64,000 bases of DNA, taken from the NCBI GenBank assembly GCA_041576165.1, contig JBFGLM010000008.1, forward strand, positions 59,091-123,090, in the 5' to 3' direction. The stretch is from Acidimicrobiia bacterium (GTDB taxonomy: Bacteria > Actinomycetota > Acidimicrobiia > Spongiisociales > Spongiisociaceae). The notes under the pieces were generated by a model, which saw only the letters and a list, made by a program, of their open reading frames with translations, did not search any database and was not told the DNA's origin. A program made the position numbers and the translations under genes. Below are positions 1 through 7,713 of this stretch, piece after piece. Every line of letters starts with the position of its first letter. The stretch's first letter is position 1.

Positions 1-116
1 TGACCGATGACCTCATGGCGCTGTTCCTGGGCGATGGGCTGCTGTACGACCTGGCGCTGGACTTCGACGCCGGCGGAGTGGACACCACAGTCATCTTCGT
101 GAATCCGGAAGCGTGA
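1..116 (+). CDS. 3' end of a gene truncated by the window edge (possibly a minor pilin)
   Basis: Open frame from base 3 (TDDLMALF...VNPEA*) whose TGA overlaps the GTG of the next prepilin gene; product inferred from context only. Confidence 0.5.
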   Translation, partial: TDDLMALFLGDGLLYDLALDFDAGGVDTTVIFVNPEA

Positions 117-724
117 TCATGCTGCACCGCATTCGACAGATCAAGGACGACGAGCGGGGTCTCACGCTCACCGAATTGATGGTCTCGGTGATGCTGCTGA
201 CCATTGTTTCAGTCATCCTCACCAGCACGTTGGTGTCCACGACGCTGGCGACTCGAGATGTCCAAAACGCCGCCGTGAGCAACGACAACGTCCGCCTGGT
301 CATCCAAACCCTCGACCGGGAAGTCAGGTCGGCCGAACGTATCTGCTTGCCAACGCCTGGTACGTCGGGGAACACGCTCTCGTTCCGCACGAGAGCCTGG
401 GTAGCCGCGCCGCCGCCGCTGGGTTATCGCGACATCATCTACCAGCTCAACCCCGATGCAGGCGGGGACCTGACGGTTCTACAGAAATCCGAGGACAACG
501 GCGTCACTTGGCGCACGGTGATCGAAAACGTCGAGAACGTGAGCATCGGAGACGACCTGTTCGAGAACCAGGGCGATGTGACGACGGCCTTGCCCAGCCA
601 GGGCAAGGTGATCACGGTCCGCGCGTGGGTGGATTCCAACCCCAATGACCGGGTCGGGGCCGAGCTTGCAACGACCGAGATCTCGGGTCGAAACATTTGG
701 ACGCCAAGCGCGCAGGGCTGCTGA
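113..724 (+). CDS. Type IV minor pilin, PilW/PulJ-like
   Basis: Class III signal DDERG|LTLTELMVSVMLL with Glu5, followed by amphipathic helix ...LDREVRSA. Confidence 0.85.
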   Translation: MIMLHRIRQIKDDERGLTLTELMVSVMLLTIVSVILTSTLVSTTLATRDVQNAAVSNDNVRLVIQTLDREVRSAERICLPTPGTSGNTLSFRTRAWVAAPPPLGYRDIIYQLNPDAGGDLTVLQKSEDNGVTWRTVIENVENVSIGDDLFENQGDVTTALPSQGKVITVRAWVDSNPNDRVGAELATTEISGRNIWTPSAQGC

Positions 725-808
725 GGTGACTAGGACGCCCGCGCCTCAGTCAGATGACACTCCGGAAATCCGGTTCGATCTGCCGACCTCATTAGTGGAG
801 GTTCAGAA

Positions 809-2338
809 ATGAAATCACTGATCTCGCTGCTCAGAGGCGACCGAGGCGTAGGCATGGTGACTGCCCTTTCCGTGTCCTTCGTCGTGACCTCGCTGGCCGT
901 CACTTGGTACGCGATAGGGGTCCACGAACTGGACGAGGTCGCCTTCGATGCCAACCGGACGGGCGCGATCAACATGGCGGAAGCCGGCGCCCGTGAGGCG
1001 ATGTACCTGCTGGCCAACGACCAGACCTTCCGGGACGACGCTCTACTTGCGGACGGGGCCAACACGGGCATCACTGCCGGAGTGTGCCAGCTGACGCCGG
1101 TTGATAGCCGGGTCAACGGCACCCCCCGTCAAATCGGTGAGTACTGGTACCGGGCCACCAAAGTGGACCCGGCCGACCCCGTCGACTTGCGCTATCTGAT
1201 CGAGTCGTGGGGTTGGGCGCCCGCTCACGATCGCCGTCAGTCCAGTGCCAAGAAGATCGAGTTCGAGATCGAGTTGCAGCCCTATGGGGGAGGCTTCTAC
1301 CACGCCCTCTTTGCCTCCGGGGGCGGCCTGACGGCCGGCAACCGCAAAGAGATCTATGGCGACGCCTACTCCGGACAAAACGTATCGATCAACAACATCA
1401 GCCGGATCTATGCGAACGACGGCGGCTACCCGGGTGACGGCAACCTGGACATATACGGCGATCTCGAGATCGGTGGCGGGTCCAACGTCGACATCGAGGG
1501 CTACGTCAAGGTCAACGGTTACATCCAGGATGACAAAGTTGGCACGGTTTACCGCAAAGATGCCATCGTCCTGCACGACAACCTGGTCTCACCGTACGTG
1601 AACACCTGGTTCCGCAATGCGACCGTGAATCAGACCCTTTTCGCCGCTGCTCCCGCGAGCGACGTGACCGGCACGGTGGCGGCCGGCACCGAAGTCTACG
1701 ACGCGACCGGAATCGCGCCGGTTCCCGACGTCGGGCTTCCGAGCTTCACGTGGGATGCCACCGAATACTCCCCTGCCGGCACCGTCTGGGCCACGTGGGC
1801 CGATTTCGATGCGTGGTACGACGCCAACGACAACGACCTCAAGGGAGCGCATTACGTACAAGACACGGGCTCCTACGTTCTCGACCTCGGCGGTTCTTAC
1901 CTCACAGGACATTTCGTGCTGGCCTTCGACGGCAACGTCACGGTGAAGCGGACTCCGTCAGGTTCGTCACAGCCGGGGGGCGGGCCGGCCCAGATCGTCC
2001 TCGCCGGTCTGCAGACGACCAGCGACGTGGTCCTAGCCCAATCCTCAGACTCAATCGAGGGCGTCGTCCATCATCTGATCGTCACCCGGGGCAATTTCGG
2101 GGCTGCAAATCAGTCGACCATATATGGCGCGATCTACGGCTACGGCGACATCTCTTCCAACCGGCTGGAAGTCCACTTCCGCCCACCCGTCGAAGAAACA
2201 GTCGTCGGCTTCGAATTCGATCCCAGCCTGGCCGACCAGTTCCGGCCCGAGCCCGGTGTGTGGCGGGAGACGGCGCCGTCGGTCGACTCGGTGGGCCTGA
2301 AGAAGCCGACCACCGGGTATTGGTGCAACCTGCCGTAG
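809..2338 (+). CDS. Large PilX-like minor pilin with extended C-terminal domain (putative tip adhesin)
   Basis: GDRG|VGMVTALSVSFVV prepilin-like N-terminus lacking Glu5, AINMAEAG motif typical of PilX_N; SD GGAGG upstream. Confidence 0.7.
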   Translation: MKSLISLLRGDRGVGMVTALSVSFVVTSLAVTWYAIGVHELDEVAFDANRTGAINMAEAGAREAMYLLANDQTFRDDALLADGANTGITAGVCQLTPVDSRVNGTPRQIGEYWYRATKVDPADPVDLRYLIESWGWAPAHDRRQSSAKKIEFEIELQPYGGGFYHALFASGGGLTAGNRKEIYGDAYSGQNVSINNISRIYANDGGYPGDGNLDIYGDLEIGGGSNVDIEGYVKVNGYIQDDKVGTVYRKDAIVLHDNLVSPYVNTWFRNATVNQTLFAAAPASDVTGTVAAGTEVYDATGIAPVPDVGLPSFTWDATEYSPAGTVWATWADFDAWYDANDNDLKGAHYVQDTGSYVLDLGGSYLTGHFVLAFDGNVTVKRTPSGSSQPGGGPAQIVLAGLQTTSDVVLAQSSDSIEGVVHHLIVTRGNFGAANQSTIYGAIYGYGDISSNRLEVHFRPPVEETVVGFEFDPSLADQFRPEPGVWRETAPSVDSVGLKKPTTGYWCNLP

Positions 2339-2449
2339 GCAACCCATCGGGGGAGAACCTCAGGGGTCGCTCCAGCGCCACCGAGGCCGCAGCCGGGTAG
2401 GCCGTAACTCGACCAGACCACCACCGGTGGCTGACTACCCTGGTGGGCC

Positions 2450-3094
2450 GTGCTGATCGATGGAACCTCCTTGTGGGTCGCACAAACCAACACGTACGTG
2501 ATCGCGCCCGAGCCCGGAGGTGCGGCCGTGGTAGTCGACGCGCCGCCCGACCCGGCCGGGATCGCCCGGCTACTGGCCCGCCACGACCTCACGCCGGTCG
2601 CGCTCCTCGTCACGCACGGCCACATCGATCACGTCGGCGGCGCAGGCTCTTTGGTGCGCTCGACCGGAGTGACGGCATATGTCCACCCCGACGACGACTA
2701 CCTGACCATGGATCCCGAGGGCCAGCTTCGCGGTTTGTTCGGGATGGCCATCGAAGGTGACTTCTCGCCGCCGGAGCGATTCGAGGCATTGGAAGACGGA
2801 CAGAAGCTCGACCTGGGCGGGGTCAGCTTCGAGGTAGTGCTCACGCCCGGCCACACGCCAGGGCACTGCTGCTTCCTGTTGCGTGACGAGGGGATACTGT
2901 TGTCCGGCGACCAGCTGTTTGCCGGCTCGATCGGCCGAACCGACCTGCCGGGCGGCGACTTCGACACCCTGATCCAGAGCATGAAGGACAAGATCCTGAC
3001 TCTCGACGACGACATCGACGTCCTGCCGGGCCATGGCCCCCGCACAACCATCGGTCTGGAGCGGCGGACCAACCCCTTCCTGGTCGGACTCTGA
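2450..3094 (+). CDS. MBL-fold metallo-hydrolase (glyoxalase II/YcbL-like)
   Basis: THGHIDHVG, TPGHTPG, SGDQLF, PGHG motifs; usual position before hisS in Actinobacteria. Confidence 0.92.
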   Translation: MLIDGTSLWVAQTNTYVIAPEPGGAAVVVDAPPDPAGIARLLARHDLTPVALLVTHGHIDHVGGAGSLVRSTGVTAYVHPDDDYLTMDPEGQLRGLFGMAIEGDFSPPERFEALEDGQKLDLGGVSFEVVLTPGHTPGHCCFLLRDEGILLSGDQLFAGSIGRTDLPGGDFDTLIQSMKDKILTLDDDIDVLPGHGPRTTIGLERRTNPFLVGL

Positions 3095-4323
3095 TGGCGC
3101 TGCGGGCACCCAAAGGGACCGATGACGTCCTCCCGCCGGTTTCGCGCCGGTGGCGATGGCTGCTTCGTTTGTGGGATGAGCTGACCGAGCGATATGGCTA
3201 CGAGCTGGTGATGACGCCTGTGTTCGAGCTGACCGAAGTATTCGCTCGCGGAGTGGGCGAGGCAACCGAGGTCGTCGAAAAACAGATGTATACGTTCGAG
3301 GACAAAGCCGGGCGGTCGCTCACCCTGCGGCCCGAGAACACGGCTGGGGTCGTGCGGGCGTACATCCAGGATGGCCGCAGCGGCGTGTTCAAAGGCGCCT
3401 ACTCCGGAGCCATGTTCCGTTATGAGCAGCCGCAGCAGGGGAGGCGGCGACAGTTCTGGCAACTGGGAGTCGAATACATCGGAGAAGAAGCTGTAGAAGC
3501 CGATCTGGAGGTCATCGAAGTTGGATACCGATACCTCCACGCGGCTGGCCTGCGAGACGTGGAGGTGCTGGTCAACTCGATCGGCGATCCGGCCGATCGG
3601 GCGGCCTACATCGACATCCTGCGGGTCTACCTCGAGTCGAAGCGGGCGCAACTGTCCGTCGATGCCCAACGCCGCATCGCCACGAACCCGCTGCGGGTTC
3701 TGGACAGCAAGCCCGACGTTGAGGTGTTGGCGGACGCGCCGACCCCGGTCGAACACCTGAGCGCGGAGACTAAGCAGCACTTCGAGCTGCTCCTGGCCGG
3801 GCTGGACGAGCGCCGGATCCCCTACGTGATCGAACCCGGGTTGGTGCGGGGACTCGACTATTACAACCGGACGGTGTTCGAATATGTCCCCCGTTCGTAC
3901 GAGGCCGCCCAGAGCGCAGTCGGGGGCGGAGGTCGCTACGACGGTCTCGCCGAGCTGCTGGGAGGTCCCCACGTTCCCTCCACCGGCCTGGCACTGGGCC
4001 TGGATCGCATACTGGCTGCGCTCGGGGAGCAGCCAGCCTTGCCGGCACTCGATGCATTCGTGGTGGTCGCCGCTCCCGAGCGACGTCCGGCCGCACAACA
4101 GCTGATCCACCAACTGCGAGAGCGGGGATTGCGAGTGGATTCGGTTGCGTCGGACCGCTCCGTCAAAGCCCAATTCCGCGCAGCCGACCGCCGCGATGCG
4201 TCCGCGGTGGTGTTGGTGGGTGACGAATGGGATCAGGGTCTGGTGAAGCTCAAGATGCTCCAGACCGGAGAAGAAGAGCAGGTACCCGTGGCGGACGTCC
4301 CCGCCCGCTTGGAGAAGATATGA
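3094..4323 (+). CDS. hisS: Histidine--tRNA ligase
   Basis: APKGT N-terminus, LRPENTA, FRYEQPQQGRRRQF, LVRGLDYY, GGGRYDGL. Confidence 0.97.
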   Translation: MALRAPKGTDDVLPPVSRRWRWLLRLWDELTERYGYELVMTPVFELTEVFARGVGEATEVVEKQMYTFEDKAGRSLTLRPENTAGVVRAYIQDGRSGVFKGAYSGAMFRYEQPQQGRRRQFWQLGVEYIGEEAVEADLEVIEVGYRYLHAAGLRDVEVLVNSIGDPADRAAYIDILRVYLESKRAQLSVDAQRRIATNPLRVLDSKPDVEVLADAPTPVEHLSAETKQHFELLLAGLDERRIPYVIEPGLVRGLDYYNRTVFEYVPRSYEAAQSAVGGGGRYDGLAELLGGPHVPSTGLALGLDRILAALGEQPALPALDAFVVVAAPERRPAAQQLIHQLRERGLRVDSVASDRSVKAQFRAADRRDASAVVLVGDEWDQGLVKLKMLQTGEEEQVPVADVPARLEKI

Positions 4324-6116
4324 CAGCGTTTCGCACCGCCTACGCCGGACGCCTCGGAGATGAACACATTGGCGACACGGTCAGGGTGGCCGGGTGGGTG
4401 GTTCGCCCACGCGATCACGGTGGCATCGTGTTCTTCGAGTTGCGGGATGCGTCGGGCCTGGTACAGGTCGTGGCGGACCCTGCACAGATTGCCGCAGCGG
4501 ATCAGTTGCGGATGGAGTGGTGTGTATCCGTCGAGGGAACCCTCCAGGCCCGCCCCGAGGGGATGCAAAACCCGGACCTGCCCACGGGGACCATTGAGGT
4601 TCATGCCAGTTCATTGTCGGTCCTGAGCCCGGCCGAGGTGCTGCCGTTCATGGTGGAGGACAGGACCGAGGCCGACGAACGCGTGCGGCTGCAGTACCGA
4701 TACCTGGATCTACGGCGGCCGCGGATGACCGCCAACGTGCGGGCCCGGTCAGCGGGGATTGCCGCCATCCGGCGCACCCTGGACGAGCTTGGGTTTCTCG
4801 ACATCGAGACCCCGACGCTGATCAACTCAACGCCAGAGGGCGCTCGCGATTTTCTGGTGCCCAGCCGGCTCCGGCCCGGGCATTTCTACGCGCTGCCCCA
4901 GTCGCCCCAGCTGTTCAAGCAGCTGCTGATGATCGGTGGGGTCGACCGGTACTACCAGATTGCCCGCTGTTACCGGGACGAGGATTTCCGCTCTGATCGC
5001 CAGATCGAATTCACCCAGCTGGACCTCGAGGGTGCGTTCTGGGAACAGGACGACGTCTTGGGGACCATCGAACAGGTGGCGGCCGCCGTCGTACAGCGGC
5101 TGCGGGGCACTGAGTTGGCCCTACCGCTGCCGCGCCTCACCTACGACGAGGCCATGGAGCGGTTCGGCACCGACAAGCCGGATCTACGGTTCGCGATGGA
5201 GATCGCCGACCTGACCGATGTGTTCGCCGACACCGAGTTCCGGGGCTTTGCCGCGGTTCTGGGGCGGGGCGGCGTCGTCCGTGGCATCAACCTGGGGCCC
5301 CGGGACATGTCCCGGGGCCAGCTCGACGCGCTGGTGCCGCGGGCCCAGGAGCTGGGGGCGTCCGGTCTTGTGTGGATTGCGGTCCAGGACGACGGGACGT
5401 TCCGGAGCCCGGTCGCCAAGTTCTTCAGCGACGCCGAGATCACCGGAATCACCAAGTCTCTCGACGCGAATCCCGGTGACGTGGTGTGCCTGGTTGCAGA
5501 TGAGCCGGCGGTGGCAGGACCGGTACTCGGCCAGCTGCGCCTCGACTACGGGCGTCCCGATGGGCACGAGCAGCTGGCATTTCTATGGGTAACTGACTTC
5601 CCGATGTTCGAGCAGACCGCGGATGGAACACTCGTTCCCGCCCACCATCCCTTCACCTCGCCCACCGACATCGATGAACTGCGCACCGACCCGGCCAGGG
5701 CGCTATCCAAGGCATACGACCTGGTCCTCAACGGATCGGAGCTGGGTTCGGGCAGTGTCAGGATCCACGACCCGGCCATTCAGGCCGAGGTCTTCGAGAT
5801 TCTGGGCATCTCCGCCGAGGAGGCAGGCCGCCGCTTTGGCTGGTTCCTCGAAGCGTTGCGGTATGGGACCCCTCCTCACGCCGGATTCGCGGTCGGCCTC
5901 GACCGGATGTTCGCCATACTTCAGAACGAGGACTCGATCCGGGAGGTCATTCCGTTTCCCAAGACCCAGACCGGCGCCGATCCGCTCACAACCGCTCCGA
6001 CTCTGGTCGACCGGGCACAACTGCAAGAGCTCGGCATCGATCTGACCCCTGAGGTCAAAGCGGAGCTGGCGGCGGGTGACGAGGCTCGGGCCGGCGCCGC
6101 TGAGGAGGCCACCTGA
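4320..6116 (+). CDS. aspS: Aspartate--tRNA ligase (probably non-discriminating Asp/Asn)
   Basis: RDHGG, STPEGARDF, ALPQSPQLFKQ, PPHAGFAVGLDR; start placed at ATG overlapping the hisS stop; His in RDHGG and Gly in RPEG fit the non-discriminating type. Confidence 0.96.
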   Translation: MTAFRTAYAGRLGDEHIGDTVRVAGWVVRPRDHGGIVFFELRDASGLVQVVADPAQIAAADQLRMEWCVSVEGTLQARPEGMQNPDLPTGTIEVHASSLSVLSPAEVLPFMVEDRTEADERVRLQYRYLDLRRPRMTANVRARSAGIAAIRRTLDELGFLDIETPTLINSTPEGARDFLVPSRLRPGHFYALPQSPQLFKQLLMIGGVDRYYQIARCYRDEDFRSDRQIEFTQLDLEGAFWEQDDVLGTIEQVAAAVVQRLRGTELALPLPRLTYDEAMERFGTDKPDLRFAMEIADLTDVFADTEFRGFAAVLGRGGVVRGINLGPRDMSRGQLDALVPRAQELGASGLVWIAVQDDGTFRSPVAKFFSDAEITGITKSLDANPGDVVCLVADEPAVAGPVLGQLRLDYGRPDGHEQLAFLWVTDFPMFEQTADGTLVPAHHPFTSPTDIDELRTDPARALSKAYDLVLNGSELGSGSVRIHDPAIQAEVFEILGISAEEAGRRFGWFLEALRYGTPPHAGFAVGLDRMFAILQNEDSIREVIPFPKTQTGADPLTTAPTLVDRAQLQELGIDLTPEVKAELAAGDEARAGAAEEAT

Positions 6117-7462
6117 GCGACCAGGGCGACCTCTTCGCTGCCGAACGGGACGGCCGCAGGCACGCGGCCGCACCCCTGCCCGCCCGCCTGCGACCCCGTA
6201 CGCTGGATGAGGTAGTTGGGCAGCCGGACTTGCTCAAACCCGGTGCTGCCTTCCGCACCATGCTCGAAACGGGCCGGCCCGTATCCATGATCTTGTGGGG
6301 GCCACCGGGAACAGGCAAGACGACACTGGCCCGTCTGGTCGCTGATGAGACCAAGGCCAAGTTCGTTCAGCTGTCGGCGACATCGGCCGGCGTCAAGGAC
6401 GTCCGGGAGGTGCTGGCGCTGGCTCGCACCCGCGTGGAGCAGGAGGCCGGGCGCACCGTGCTGTTCCTGGACGAAATCCATCGTTTCAACAAGGCGCAGC
6501 AGGATGCCCTGCTACCAGGGGTGGAAGACGGCACGGTGATTCTCATCGGAGCAACCACCGAGAATCCATTTTTCGAGGTGAACTCGCCCCTGATCTCCCG
6601 CAGCACCTTGTTCCGGCTCGTCCCCCTCGGACCCGACGACGTCGCCGAGTTGATTGACCGTGCGATCGGAGATGCCGGACGGGGGCTAGGGGTCCTGCGA
6701 TTGTCAATTGCCCCGGAAGCCCGGGCGGCGCTGGCCGACCGGGCGGGCGGCGACGCCCGTCTGGCGCTGAACACCCTGGAACTGGCGGCGGTAGTGGCCG
6801 CCGGCCGCTCCCGGACCCACATCACGGTCGACGAAATCGAGGAAGCGCTGCAACGCCGCATCGTGCGCTATGACAAGAAGGGCGACCAGCATTACGACGT
6901 GATCTCGGCGTTCATCAAATCGATGCGGGGATCGGATCCGGACGCCACGATGTACTGGCTGTCGACCATGCTGGCGGCGGGGGAGGATCCGGAGTTCATT
7001 GCTCGCCGCATGGTCATTTTCGCGTCCGAGGACGTGGGGCTGGCCGACCCCCAGGCCCTGACCGTTGCAGTGGCTGCCGCCCATGCGCTGCAATTCGTGG
7101 GCCTGCCCGAAGCCGAATTCAATCTCTCCCAGGCTGCCGTGTACCTGGCAACAGCGCCCAAGTCGGACTCGATCAAGCGGGCCATGGGTGCGTCGCATGC
7201 GGCAGTGGAAGAGACGCCGAGCGCACAGGTGCCGGTACATCTTAGATCGAGCGGTACCCGGCGGATGCTCGAACCGGACCGGGGTGAGGGCTACCGGTAC
7301 CCGCACGACTTTCCCGATCACGTGGTCGCCCAGCAATATCTGCCCGACGACGCCGGCAGTCGGATTCTGTTCAGGCCGACCAACCAGGGCCGCGAGATCG
7401 AGATTGCCCAACGTCTGGCTGCATGGGACGAAGCCTTGGGACGCCCACCTCGGGCCGAGTAA
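6113..7462 (+). CDS. rarA: Replication-associated recombination protein A (MgsA/RarA), CTG start inferred
   Basis: PLPARLRPRTLDEVVGQ, GPPGTGKTT, FLDEIHRFNKAQQD, GATTENP, YDVISAFIKSMRGSDPDA. Confidence 0.93.
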   Translation: MSDQGDLFAAERDGRRHAAAPLPARLRPRTLDEVVGQPDLLKPGAAFRTMLETGRPVSMILWGPPGTGKTTLARLVADETKAKFVQLSATSAGVKDVREVLALARTRVEQEAGRTVLFLDEIHRFNKAQQDALLPGVEDGTVILIGATTENPFFEVNSPLISRSTLFRLVPLGPDDVAELIDRAIGDAGRGLGVLRLSIAPEARAALADRAGGDARLALNTLELAAVVAAGRSRTHITVDEIEEALQRRIVRYDKKGDQHYDVISAFIKSMRGSDPDATMYWLSTMLAAGEDPEFIARRMVIFASEDVGLADPQALTVAVAAAHALQFVGLPEAEFNLSQAAVYLATAPKSDSIKRAMGASHAAVEETPSAQVPVHLRSSGTRRMLEPDRGEGYRYPHDFPDHVVAQQYLPDDAGSRILFRPTNQGREIEIAQRLAAWDEALGRPPRAE

Positions 7463-7472
7463 TCTCGCCCTC

Positions 7473-7652
7473 ATGCGTATCCGATGGTTCTCGCTGGGCT
7501 TCACCGCCGGTATCGGCAGTGTCCTCTACGCCGCGTTGCGACTCCGCCGGCTGCGAGAGACGCTGACACCGCGGCGGATGGCCGGGGCCGCGGCCCATCG
7601 GGTGGCCGATGCGCTCGACGCCGGCTCGCGTCGTCTGTCCGGCGATACCTGA
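7473..7652 (+). CDS. Small membrane protein, DUF6167-like
   Basis: MRIRWFSLGFTAGIGSVLYAALRLRRLRETLTP resembles the small actinobacterial protein encoded upstream of alaS; TAATCT lies 7 nt before the ATG. Confidence 0.65.
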   Translation: MRIRWFSLGFTAGIGSVLYAALRLRRLRETLTPRRMAGAAAHRVADALDAGSRRLSGDT

Positions 7653-7713
7653 GCGGGCACGCACCGAAACTCGGGCGGGCGGCCACCGGGGGGTGGCTAA
7701 CCTGTCAGCTCCG

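Noticed and set aside
723-733. GAGGTGACTAG shared with 18248-18258, and TCGGCCTGTGGCCG shared by 18961 and 23758
   Set aside because: Isolated short matches are expected by chance in 64 kb of GC-rich DNA and have no consistent position relative to promoters
2698-4173. Long antisense ORFs (also 29878-31251, 43353-44573, 51052-52434 and similar)
   Set aside because: Shadow frames of well-conserved genes in GC-rich DNA, with no recognisable motifs
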